The notes under the pieces are model-generated. The model did not search any database. It saw only the letters and a program-made list of their open reading frames with translations, and was not told the origin of the DNA. Positions 55,690-64,000 of a stretch of DNA of 64,000 bases are shown here, in pieces. Both the position numbers and the translations under genes were made by a program. This stretch comes from a virus: the UHGV virus genome UHGV-0018639, one strand, 5' to 3'. The number at the start of each line of letters is the position of its first letter. Position 1 is the stretch's first letter.

Positions 55690-55714
55690 AGGAAGATGCT
55701 TCTTCCTCCGTTTT
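55690..55714 (+). terminator. rho-independent terminator
   Basis: ggaaga-tgc-ttcttcc followed by tccgtttt. Confidence 0.55.
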
Positions 55715-55857
55715 AAAAAATGTCTTGAACGACAGGAGGTTTTGCTTATGGACATAACAAAATCTAATGAGGACTTTAGTCCAACGAACAAGGCAAAGAG
55801 TTGGGCTTCTCTATAAAAAAGCCCTCGTTTAAAAAAAATGAAAGGAAGTAAGAAAAA

Positions 55858-56286
55858 ATGAAGTATTATAGTGATGTTCTTCATAGTTTATTTGATACTC
55901 AGGATGCGCTCGAAAAAGCCGAAGCTGAGAAGAAAGAAAAAGATGACGAAAAAGTTCGTCAGAAGGAAAATGCTGATAAGCTCAAGGCCGAGGATAAGAA
56001 GCGTTTTCTTGAGCTAAGAGAGAGGTATTTTAAAGCAAGTGTTGAGTATGAAGCATATTTTGATAAATTGCTGAATAACTACTCATTTAACACCATAATG
56101 GGCTGGGTGTCTGAAGCGGCTACTAAAAAGACCCAGACCCAGACCCAGATTAAGACGATAGATCAGACGGCTGAAAGTATTTTTGATGCTTGCAAGTCAG
56201 CTAAAACTGTCAAAACCGCAAAAACGGCGCGTGAGCCTGAAAATTTGGGAGAAATTCTTATTCGTATTTTTGAGGATATGCAGTAA
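55858..56286 (+). CDS. hypothetical protein (charged coiled-coil N-terminus)
   Basis: RBS gaaaggaag upstream. 142 aa. Confidence 0.35.
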   Translation: MKYYSDVLHSLFDTQDALEKAEAEKKEKDDEKVRQKENADKLKAEDKKRFLELRERYFKASVEYEAYFDKLLNNYSFNTIMGWVSEAATKKTQTQTQIKTIDQTAESIFDACKSAKTVKTAKTAREPENLGEILIRIFEDMQ

Positions 56287-56289
56287 GAA

Positions 56290-56847
56290 TTTTAAATAAA
56301 TCAGGTTACTTGATCATCGGGTTTCCTGCGGAGTTAAAGCTAAAACGTTAGCGGTGAATATGGCCATTCCCGCAAGCTCGGCGACTTGTTAGGCAATCGC
56401 GCTGATGTAAATTATTGATAAGGGAGCTTTGGTATAATTTATTCACTGGGGCTTTCCAAAAGTCGGACTCAAGCCTAAACTGAGTTCGCAGTGCTGAGGT
56501 CGGTATTCGCTCGGAGAGGATGCGTTATTGAGCTAATTAGATTAGCATCAATGTGAGGCAACGGTGGCCAACTCTTAGAGAGCCACGCGATAGAGTTATG
56601 TTAAAAGGCAATACTCAGTATCGGTGCTACTAGGGTTGATAGACAAGTAGTAAAAGTCAGGTGAAGATAATACCGGCTGACATAATTGGGACGTAGCTAT
56701 AGGCGTAGGCCGTGCCAGAACTAAAGTGTGCGGCACACGAAACCCAAGTCAGATGCGGGCGATTGAAACGGCGCCCTCAACCCATATAAGGTTTTACAAG
56801 AGATTTTCCTTGCGTTAGGCTAAAAAATCTCTTTTCTATATAAATTT
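56290..56847 (+). ncRNA. candidate large structured noncoding RNA (about 560 nt) immediately 5' of tRNA-Gln
   Basis: No ORF. Noticeably higher GC than the flanking sequence. Numerous hairpins. Ends in tRNA-Gln plus terminator. Second such region within 2 kb. Confidence 0.35.
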
Positions 56848-56922
56848 AGAGGTATAGTGTAATTGGCAACACATCGGCCTTTGACGCCGTATTTATAGGT
56901 TCAAGTCCTGTTACCTCTGCCA
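56848..56922 (+). tRNA. tRNA-Gln(UUG)
   Basis: Acceptor agaggta/tacctct. D-arm gtgtaattggcaacac. Anticodon loop ctTTGac. T-arm ataggttcaagtcctgt. CCA encoded. Confidence 0.7.
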
Positions 56923-56926
56923 ACAG

Positions 56927-56962
56927 CTCCACATTAGAAAAGCCTAATGTGGACTTTTTTAT
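56927..56962 (+). terminator. rho-independent terminator
   Basis: ccacattag-aaaagc-ctaatgtgg followed by acttttttat. Confidence 0.6.
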
Positions 56963-57029
56963 ATATATCAGCTACAAAAAATCTACTTAGAAATGCGGGC
57001 AACCGCAAAACGTATCAAAGGAGGAGCCT

Positions 57030-57653
57030 ATGGAAGAATTAGGTCTGTTATTGGGTTTGGGAGATGATGCTAACTATCAGCTTGCTAATCCAAGCCTGTT
57101 AGCGTATTATAAAGAACTCAATGAGCGTCGTCTCTGGCTCGATTGCGAGGTAGATGATGAAGCGATAGGTGATATGTGCCGCCAGATTATTCATTGGAAT
57201 AAGGAGGATGACACAATAGAGCCTTCGAAGAGGAAAAAGATTATTATCTATTTTGTCAGCCCCGGTGGTAGTTTAGACAGCTATCTATGGCTCAAAGACG
57301 TAATAAATCTGAGTATTACTCCAATAGTTGGCATTATGATGAGCCGCACAGCTAGCGCGGCTGCTCTTATTTACCTTCATTGTCACGAGCGTTATGCTCT
57401 TGAAAGCGCAAAGATTTTGTTCCACTACGGTTCAATTTCTCTTGCACAGGACGCCGCGAATGCGATTGAATCGATGAAGAAGTATGAGCAAGAAGTTGGG
57501 AAGTTTGTTGATGTAATTCGTGAGCACTCTGACTTTTCAGGCGAATATATTCGTGATAAGTTGGTAAAGGATTGGGAGCTTACGGCTGATGAAGCTCTTG
57601 AGCACGGCATTGTTCAAAAGATTGTAAGTGATATCAGCGAACTTTGGAACTAA
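57030..57653 (+). CDS. ClpP-family serine protease-like protein
   Basis: ClpP signature IYFVSPGGS. Ser region MMSRTASAAALIY matching GxAAS(M)G. His region ILFHYG matching IHQP. RBS aaaggagga. Confidence 0.6.
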   Translation: MEELGLLLGLGDDANYQLANPSLLAYYKELNERRLWLDCEVDDEAIGDMCRQIIHWNKEDDTIEPSKRKKIIIYFVSPGGSLDSYLWLKDVINLSITPIVGIMMSRTASAAALIYLHCHERYALESAKILFHYGSISLAQDAANAIESMKKYEQEVGKFVDVIREHSDFSGEYIRDKLVKDWELTADEALEHGIVQKIVSDISELWN

Positions 57654-57665
57654 AGGAGGACTCCT

Positions 57666-57986
57666 ATGGATAAATATACTGGCTATTACGAATGGCGCCC
57701 ATCAGAGCAAGGGCTTGAGGACTTTTATTCTGGCTTTTTTACTCCTGCGGGGATGGGTCTGGTAGAAAACCAGTATTTGATTATCTATGACGCTGATGGC
57801 AAAGTTATAGATAAATATTTTTGTAAGAACAACGAGTTTGAGAAAGTTCATTATATGACACTCCAAAGCGATTACTGCGGCGTTATCAAACCGCGCAATG
57901 TGTATCAGGAACTAGCAATTCACGCACTGTTAGATAGGCGTGTTCCTGTAAAGGCGCTGGGTGGTGTTTTTGGTTCGGGTAAATAA
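57666..57986 (+). CDS. phoH: PhoH-like ATPase, exon 1 (ends in Walker A GSGK)
   Basis: IKPRNVYQELAIHALLDRRVPVKALGGVFGSGK parallels PhoH I.P.t.gQ..yi.a......vfgiGpAGtGKT. Stop immediately after the K. Confidence 0.6.
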   Translation: MDKYTGYYEWRPSEQGLEDFYSGFFTPAGMGLVENQYLIIYDADGKVIDKYFCKNNEFEKVHYMTLQSDYCGVIKPRNVYQELAIHALLDRRVPVKALGGVFGSGK

Positions 57987-58212
57987 CTTGCCCCTTCTTA
58001 GGGCGACCTAAGAATGAAAATCGCGTGAATTGCTGGAAACCTAAGCCGCGAGGTATGGTAATCAGCAGCCAAGCCGTTTAACAACGGAAGGTTCAACGAC
58101 TATCCCGACAGGGAGTAGGGAGCAATCCCGAAGTGCGCGACAACTTTCAAAGTTGATGATATAGTCTAATCCCCTTTTGAAATATCGGGAAACCGAGGGT
58201 ATAAATGAAGGA
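57987..58212 (+). mobile_element. ORF-less group I intron in phoH (boundaries approximate)
   Basis: About 225-nt non-coding insert exactly at the P-loop. Contains ggtatggtaatcagcagccaagcc, resembling the Tetrahymena intron segment GGUAUGGUAAUAAGCUGACGG...CAGCCAAGUCC (P5/P6-J6/7). Also contains gatgatatagtct. Confidence 0.55.
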
Positions 58213-58738
58213 CTTCCTAATGAGCGGTGCCTGTTTCAGTCTTATCGAAAAAGGCATCTTTGAAAAACTCGTATATATACGCCCTAACATTACACTTGAA
58301 GGTGTGCCTGACATCGGCTATCTCAAGGGTGGAATGGATGAAAAACTTGAATGGACTTTAGCTCCATTATGGGATAAGTTCGGTGGCCGCGAAGCTACTC
58401 AAAATCTTGTTGCTTCTGGCAAGATTGAACTTGTGGCTTTGCCTTTTATTAAAGGTCGTAGCTTTGAGAACAGTATTATCTATGTAAGTGAAGGTCAAAA
58501 TATAACCCGCAAAGTAGCTGGTAATATTATAAGCCGCGCTGGTGAAAACACTGAGATTTGGATAAATGGCGACTATCACAGTCAAACTGACCGTAGAATG
58601 TTTGAGATTGATAATGGTATGCGCGCAATGGAAGAGACTCTGAAGGGTAATTCATTATATGAAACCCTTTATCTCCCAATCACGGAACGTTCGGCTGTTG
58701 CACAGCTTGCTGGAATTGTTTGCAATACTGAAAATTGA
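58213..58738 (+). CDS. phoH: PhoH-like ATPase, exon 2
   Basis: (K)DFLMSGACFSLIEKGIFEKLVYIRPNITLEGVPDIGYLKGGMDEKLEWTLAPLWD; ELVALPFIKGRSFENSIIYVSEGQNIT; GENTEIWINGDYHSQTD. All three match the PhoH core. Confidence 0.65.
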
Positions 58739-58844
58739 ACACTCTTTTTTAGAATGAAATTTCACTAAATCTACTTACTATTGCCACAGGCCAGTTAGTT
58801 CCGTAGTGGCAGCGGCGTTGAAAGGCTAACTGTTTATATATCGT

Positions 58845-58868
58845 GAGGGGCAATTGCCCCTCTTTTTT
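58845..58868 (+). terminator. rho-independent terminator
   Basis: gaggggcaattgcccctc followed by ttttttt. Confidence 0.6.
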
Positions 58869-58892
58869 TATATCTAAAAGGAGGGCTTGTAG

Positions 58893-60584
58893 ATGGGATC
58901 GGTTTATAATGATGTATTACATACTTATTCGCCTTACGGCCCAAACAATTATATGCCGCGCACAGGCCGCTACAAATTCAAACAGCGACACAATTATGAG
59001 AGTAATATAAGAGCTTTGCGAGAAAAAGAGAATACTTTTTATAGCGCCATATTAGGGACAACAGTTTCCTCTTTTGGAGAATTTGTGCGGCAAGTCAAAG
59101 AAAAACTATCAAAATTTCAACAAGATACAAATGCTTTGCGGCAATTGGATAATGACAGGCTTACTCAAGCACTTTATCGTAAATATGGTTTTTCTACAAA
59201 AGGGCAATGGGATCAAGATGCCACTTTTTCTCGTCTTGTCGTTAAATTGGATGCTTCTGTTGCTGAGAACACCTTAGATACTTACATTAAAAAGATAGAA
59301 AAAACTGTTATTGCTGAACTTCAAAAAATAGGTCAAGTTGGAAAAACTGATTTAAAGCTATCAGTTAGTGGCAATTTGAAGACTGGCACACTTACTATAG
59401 ACTTTGGTCTTGAAAAGGGTGCGATTGAGAAAAAACTAGACGAAACTGGCTTGTTAAAAGGTGTTGTCAATGCCACAATGGGGCGTAAGTTAAAAGTTGA
59501 AGCGCAAAGTCTTGAATGGTTTAAAAACCAAATTTTGAATGATCCAAATTTGATAAGCTTGACAACTAATAAAAAAGAATTTGTTTGGGAGGCTAATTCA
59601 AAACTTAGGACGAAAGATAGAGAAGGCAATGCAAATCCTTTTGCGATAAGTAAAAAAGGTTTAGCAAAAAAGAATATTAGTCAACAACAGCAAATAGAGG
59701 AAGAAATCAAATCTTTTATAATGACTACGATTGGTTATAGTCAAACATCGCAAGATTTTCAAAACGTTTTTCAAGAAGCTTGGCGCACGCAAATTTCTAG
59801 TCGGAAATTAGGTATTGCAGGATATACTTGGAACGGCGCGATAGCTAATATAGTTGGTGCTTTTGGCGAGTTTCAAACTTATGTTTTATTCCAATACATT
59901 TCGCATTTGTTTGGGAAAAAAGCACAAGGTAAAATAGCTGATGCTTTTGCTAGTGGCGAGCAAATGAAAGCTGATATTCAGTTTTTCCAAGGGTTTGGCA
60001 TCCAAGTAAAAAATTATTCTGGCTATGGCTCTGAACTAAAGGAGCTCAAATTTAATATTCATCCAAATAAGCTTATTCAATATCCACAAATCAGTGAATG
60101 GATTGGCTCAAGTTTTTCAGAATATATTGCGAATTATTATTTCAATAAAGATATCAATCGCGCGCCATTTGCAAGCATTATTGATGGACTAAAGCGAGCT
60201 TTCGCTGAAATAGCTTCAATGGGGACAGCAGATGATGTGCCCGACACCGTCTGTCTTTATAATTTAGGTGGTGGTTATCTAATCCCAGCATCAGATTTAC
60301 TTGAGCAAGTTTATTTACAGTCTTATCGCTTAGACGATACTCAAGTTGCGATTACATCCGCTTTTGAAGGCTCTACAAATAAGGAGTTTCATAAAAAGAA
60401 AAAAGGAAAAGATGGAAAACAACAAGAGCCAACTTTTCTGAAATACTGGGAAAAGGATGGAGAAAGTTGGAAGCCAAAGGATGAGAACAGAAACCTCTAC
60501 GCACAAATGCTCAATTCAAAAATTTCAATCCGCGCGGTTGTCCCTTATGAACAATTTCTCCGCGAGGGTTATAAATTATGGTGA
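58893..60584 (+). CDS. hypothetical protein (563 aa)
   Basis: RBS aaaggaggg upstream. No recognisable catalytic motif. Possibly a virion or scaffold-associated protein by position. Confidence 0.4.
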   Translation: MGSVYNDVLHTYSPYGPNNYMPRTGRYKFKQRHNYESNIRALREKENTFYSAILGTTVSSFGEFVRQVKEKLSKFQQDTNALRQLDNDRLTQALYRKYGFSTKGQWDQDATFSRLVVKLDASVAENTLDTYIKKIEKTVIAELQKIGQVGKTDLKLSVSGNLKTGTLTIDFGLEKGAIEKKLDETGLLKGVVNATMGRKLKVEAQSLEWFKNQILNDPNLISLTTNKKEFVWEANSKLRTKDREGNANPFAISKKGLAKKNISQQQQIEEEIKSFIMTTIGYSQTSQDFQNVFQEAWRTQISSRKLGIAGYTWNGAIANIVGAFGEFQTYVLFQYISHLFGKKAQGKIADAFASGEQMKADIQFFQGFGIQVKNYSGYGSELKELKFNIHPNKLIQYPQISEWIGSSFSEYIANYYFNKDINRAPFASIIDGLKRAFAEIASMGTADDVPDTVCLYNLGGGYLIPASDLLEQVYLQSYRLDDTQVAITSAFEGSTNKEFHKKKKGKDGKQQEPTFLKYWEKDGESWKPKDENRNLYAQMLNSKISIRAVVPYEQFLREGYKLW

Positions 60585-60590
60585 TTCAAA

Positions 60591-60845
60591 ATGCTTTATT
60601 TCGCACAATGCGGCAGCCCTGTCAACTATGAATCCTTTATTGTTGATGCCGAAAGCCTTTCGGATGTTGTGGAATGGATAAAGGACTTCTCTTCAATTGA
60701 TGAGGAGCCGCAGGACGAAGACCAAACATATGCTTCTGCTATATCTGGACATTTGTGGTATAACATTGAACAGTTTGATTCTCGTAATGAGGAACATTCT
60801 GATGTTTTATCACAAATGAATGGAATCCCACTCTGTATAGAGTAA
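60591..60845 (+). CDS. hypothetical acidic protein
   Basis: 84-aa ORF directly after the previous stop. Confidence 0.3.
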   Translation: MLYFAQCGSPVNYESFIVDAESLSDVVEWIKDFSSIDEEPQDEDQTYASAISGHLWYNIEQFDSRNEEHSDVLSQMNGIPLCIE

Positions 60846-60849
60846 AAAC

Positions 60850-60878
60850 TTGATTTTCGACGAAATTTTCGTTATAAT
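60850..60878 (+). promoter_or_regulatory. sigma70-like promoter (conserved phage motif)
   Basis: aaaacTTGATTttcgacgaaattttcgtTATAATaaattg. Confidence 0.5.
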
Positions 60879-60911
60879 AAATTGTAAAAAGTTTTATTGG
60901 GAGAGATACAT

Positions 60912-61238
60912 ATGGAAACTAAAAAAGACATAAACGTTTCAATATCCAAAGAAGATTTTATTGGCTTGTTGATTTCAGCCGTTGAATATGATGATTGGAT
61001 AGATATGCTGGACAAAAATGGAATTTCTCTCAACGCTCCTGCACTCGATGGCGTAACTCGTAAGATAATAGACTTCTTCGAGAGAGTGCTGGATGACGAT
61101 GAGGGAGCAATAAAATACTACCTTTGGGGTATTGCTGGTGGGCATTATAAATCTGAAAAGAGAATGATAACCCACACAGGAAAACCCATACTTATTGAAA
61201 GCGCGGAAGATGTTTGGAATTATCTTACAAATAAATAA
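60912..61238 (+). CDS. hypothetical protein
   Basis: RBS gggagag upstream of METKKDIN. Confidence 0.35.
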   Translation: METKKDINVSISKEDFIGLLISAVEYDDWIDMLDKNGISLNAPALDGVTRKIIDFFERVLDDDEGAIKYYLWGIAGGHYKSEKRMITHTGKPILIESAEDVWNYLTNK

Positions 61239-61247
61239 GACACTTAC

Positions 61248-61277
61248 AGGTCGTGAGAAATCACGGCCTGTTTTTAT
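61248..61277 (+). terminator. rho-independent terminator
   Basis: caggtcgtga-gaaa-tcacggcctg followed by ttttt. Confidence 0.55.
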
Positions 61278-61336
61278 TGGACTAAAGAACAGTTTTAGCT
61301 ACTTTACAGAAGAGAAAATCTGTGAGGTGAGAAACA

Positions 61337-61666
61337 ATGGTTCGTGGTGGTACACACCGTCATAATTTCTATATTCCATTCGACGCGGCACAAATTGAAA
61401 AAGTATTTGTGTCTTACTCTCAGAATGGAGAAATAATTTTGGAAAAATCAACAGATGATTGCGTATTCAACTCTACCAAAAATTGCCTTCAAGTTGATTT
61501 ATCCCAAGAAGATACTTTGTCTTTTGCCGCGCCCGGAATTATTACGACACCAGAACGGAGCCTCGTGATTATTCAACTCAGAGTCTTATTGGCAAATGGA
61601 CACAGTTATGTATCCGCACCAATCAAAGAAAGATTGTTTGATGTTCTGAAAGGAGGACAAATCTAA
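61337..61666 (+). CDS. hypothetical protein
   Basis: RBS tgaggtgagaaac upstream. 109 aa. Confidence 0.35.
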   Translation: MVRGGTHRHNFYIPFDAAQIEKVFVSYSQNGEIILEKSTDDCVFNSTKNCLQVDLSQEDTLSFAAPGIITTPERSLVIIQLRVLLANGHSYVSAPIKERLFDVLKGGQI

Positions 61667-61829
61667 TGCTTAGAACTATTGATGAAATAGAGCACATTAG
61701 TGAGGACTATCAAGTCAAGTTCTATGATTATGAGAAGACTTTCTATGGCTCAACCTCCAATCCTGATGAATCCGATGATAATGTCATTATATATGATGGC
61801 GGTGGCGTCTCTGGCTGGACGAAGGAGAA

Positions 61830-62213
61830 ATGATGGCAAGAGTAATAAAAATCACATTTCAACTACGTCGCGGTCTGCACGATAAATGGATTGAAGAGAA
61901 CCCAATACTCAGTGAAGGAGAGCCAGCCTTTGAGACAGATACCTTCCGTCTGAAAATTGGCGATGGCAAAACCGCGTATCAGGCTTTACCTTATATTGGT
62001 GGAGATGGGAGTGAGGATGACGCCCGCGTGGTAAATGCGGATACTCACTATGATTTTCCATCTATAGGCAAGGCCAATACGATATATAAGGCAGATAAAG
62101 AAAGAACTCTCTATCAATGGGATGAAGAAACATTGACTTATGTTTCACTAAATTCTTTTGAAAATGTAAAAATTATCCACGGAGGGAACGCTGATGGCTA
62201 CAACTACATTTAA
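61830..62213 (+). CDS. structural-type protein sharing an N-terminal domain with the next gene
   Basis: N-terminus KWIEENPILSEGEPAFETDTFRLKIGDGKTAYQALPYIGG parallels KWLENKDQVLLKGELGVEFEADGGVKIKIGDGAKTWEQLEYFGG in the following ORF. Confidence 0.4.
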   Translation: MMARVIKITFQLRRGLHDKWIEENPILSEGEPAFETDTFRLKIGDGKTAYQALPYIGGDGSEDDARVVNADTHYDFPSIGKANTIYKADKERTLYQWDEETLTYVSLNSFENVKIIHGGNADGYNYI

Positions 62214-63447
62214 TACCCGCATAGTCCTGCGCAATGATAGTACAGCAAAGTGGCTTGAGAATAAAGATCAAGTCTTGCTCAAGGGCGAACTTGGTGTCGA
62301 ATTCGAAGCTGATGGCGGCGTCAAGATAAAAATTGGCGACGGCGCGAAAACTTGGGAGCAACTTGAATATTTCGGTGGAGCAAGCGCCGCACAAGTCTTT
62401 CAAGCCGAGTCCGCTGATGCAGCAGGCGATATTGCAGCAATTACTACCGCAGTAGGTGATGCGAAACTTCAATCTGGCGATTTCGCTATTGTAAGCCACG
62501 ATATTGATGGCACGCATAAATCTTATACAGCTTATGTTTATGATGGTAAAAACTGGAAAGCAATGGACGGCAACTATGATGCGTCCAATGTTTATTTCGG
62601 CGATAACATTACAATGGCTGGCTCTTACAGCCAAATCGGGAATTTGACCAAAACTCAAAATGGTACAGCAACTTTTGCTGTCAAAGGTAAGTCTGTTGCT
62701 GAAGCTTTTACTCAAATTTTCTCTAAAAGACTTCAGCCCGGTGCTCCTACTCAGCCGTCTGTTAGCTTGACCTTTAGCCAAGCAAAAGCTTATGAAGTCG
62801 GTACTACTGTTACTCCGACTTGGAGCGCGACTTTGAGCACTGGTTCTTATACTTATGGCCCTGCTACTGGTATTACCGCTACGGCTTGGGAAATTAGTGA
62901 TACGGCTGGCAATACTGCTACTACAGCAAGCGGCTCTTTTGATGCTATTACTGTTGCTGATGGTACTAACTACAAAATAACCGCTAAAGCAACTCATGGA
63001 GCTGGCGCAGTTGCAAATGATAATCTTGGTAGTCCGTCTAGCCCAGAAGTCAAAATTGCGGCTGGTTCTAAGAGTAAAACTTCTGATGCAATCACTGGCT
63101 ACCGCAATACTTTCTATGGCACTAAAACTACAAAGGATGCACTTGATAGTGCGGCGATTCGTAGCTTGTCTAACAAATCCAATACTGCTTGGGCCAATGG
63201 TAAGTCTTTCACCGTGCAAATTCCCGTTGGCGCTGTTCGTGTTGTTTTTGCTTATCCTGCGACGCTGCGTGATGTCAACTCCGTAAAGGATGTTAATGGC
63301 TTGAACGCGGAAATCAAGAGTGCATTTGCTAAATCCACTATTGCTGTTGAAGGCGCAAATGGTGCGACTGCAATTGACTATAAAGTTTATACGACTGATT
63401 TTGCTGAGCCTGTCGCAAAGGCAAACAGCTACACTATCACAATTTGA
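62194..63447 (+). CDS. structural protein (Ala/Thr/Gly-rich beta-type; fibre- or decoration-like)
   Basis: 417 aa. The N-terminal domain is shared with the preceding gene. The remainder is Ala/Thr/Ser/Gly-rich with no enzymatic motifs. Confidence 0.4.
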   Translation: MATTTFNTRIVLRNDSTAKWLENKDQVLLKGELGVEFEADGGVKIKIGDGAKTWEQLEYFGGASAAQVFQAESADAAGDIAAITTAVGDAKLQSGDFAIVSHDIDGTHKSYTAYVYDGKNWKAMDGNYDASNVYFGDNITMAGSYSQIGNLTKTQNGTATFAVKGKSVAEAFTQIFSKRLQPGAPTQPSVSLTFSQAKAYEVGTTVTPTWSATLSTGSYTYGPATGITATAWEISDTAGNTATTASGSFDAITVADGTNYKITAKATHGAGAVANDNLGSPSSPEVKIAAGSKSKTSDAITGYRNTFYGTKTTKDALDSAAIRSLSNKSNTAWANGKSFTVQIPVGAVRVVFAYPATLRDVNSVKDVNGLNAEIKSAFAKSTIAVEGANGATAIDYKVYTTDFAEPVAKANSYTITI

Positions 63448-63466
63448 TAAAGGAGGGAAAACATAA

Positions 63467-64000
63467 TGGCATTGACATTTGGTACTCTTGATTTTGCTGT
63501 TGCTTTTAGCCGTCAGACGGCATTCCCTCTGGACGCTAAAAGTTATTTTGAAAGTTTAGAACTTGCTCAAGCAGCCGCGGCAACCGCGCAAGAAGCAGGC
63601 AGTTCTGAAACCGTTTATTATTTTGGCCAAACTATTGCTGTTGTTGAAAATAGCAAGGCTACTCTTTATGTAATTCAGCCTGACAAAACTCTCAAAGAGG
63701 TTGGCGGCAATATTGCCATCAATGAGAACGTTTTTGTTAAAACTGATGATAAGCTTGACCTTCTTGGATTTGCTGGCGCTGTTGCTGGTGCGCAACTTGT
63801 TAAAAGCGCCGATGGTAAACTTAGCTGGGTAAAGCCAGACACTACTACAGTTGAGGGGCTTTCAACAAGCGTAACGGCTCTCGAACATACCGTTAATGGT
63901 TATACTGATGATGATGGTGTTGTTCACGAAGGTCTTGGCACTAAGGTTTCTACTTTGGAAACTAAAGTGGGTAATGTCTATACAAAGTCTGAAGTTGATG
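63467..64000 (+). CDS. structural protein, 3' partial (runs off window)
   Basis: RBS aaaggaggg upstream of MALTFGT. Open to the window end. Ala/Gly/Thr/Val-rich. Confidence 0.4.

Noticed and set aside
62173-63219. 348-aa minus-strand ORF antisense to the 417-aa structural gene
   Set aside because: Ser/Arg/Cys-rich low-complexity antisense frame inside a plus-strand operon with strong RBSs.
1-64000. Prophage/integrative element (integrase, att sites) or CRISPR array
   Set aside because: No tyrosine or serine recombinase motifs. No tRNA-3'-end direct repeats flanking the block. No regularly spaced repeat-spacer structure. The content looks like a lytic phage genome.

Overview
This window reads as most of a low-GC, probably virulent dsDNA phage genome. 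No integrase or att site is visible. The anaerobic class III RNR genes nrdD/nrdG point to an anaerobic host.

Layout. (i) 1-7.7 kb, plus strand: late/structural genes (fibre-like proteins), closed by a bidirectional terminator. (ii) 7.7-46.7 kb, minus strand: a long replication and nucleotide-metabolism block. It holds a RuvC-like resolvase, dUTPase, uracil permease, two nucleoside 2-deoxyribosyltransferase-family genes, an FNT formate-channel homologue, NrdG/NrdD, a DnaE-like polymerase, a RecJ-like DHH nuclease, primase, DnaB-like helicase, a Sak4-like ATPase, an SSB-like protein, topoisomerase II subunits, a UvrD-like helicase, DNA ligase, a dNMP-kinase-like protein and RNase H. (iii) 46.8-64 kb, plus strand: a holin-like gene, hypotheticals, a cluster of 12 tRNAs (two structurally unusual) interleaved with a metallophosphoesterase, an SPFH protein, an N6-adenine methyltransferase, two large promoter-driven noncoding regions, a ClpP-like protease, a split PhoH, and structural genes.

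The replication block is heavily invaded by selfish elements. There are five intron-like interruptions: nrdD, DnaE, the RecJ-like gene, the Sak4-like gene (the least certain) and phoH. They carry one HNH and two LAGLIDADG endonucleases, and two are ORF-less. A paralogous family of free-standing zinc-ribbon plus PD-(D/E)xK-like nuclease genes sits around the topoisomerase genes, and there is a GIY-YIG protein.

A conserved sigma70-like promoter (AAATTTGAYTTTT-N~14-TATAAT) recurs about 20 times on both strands.
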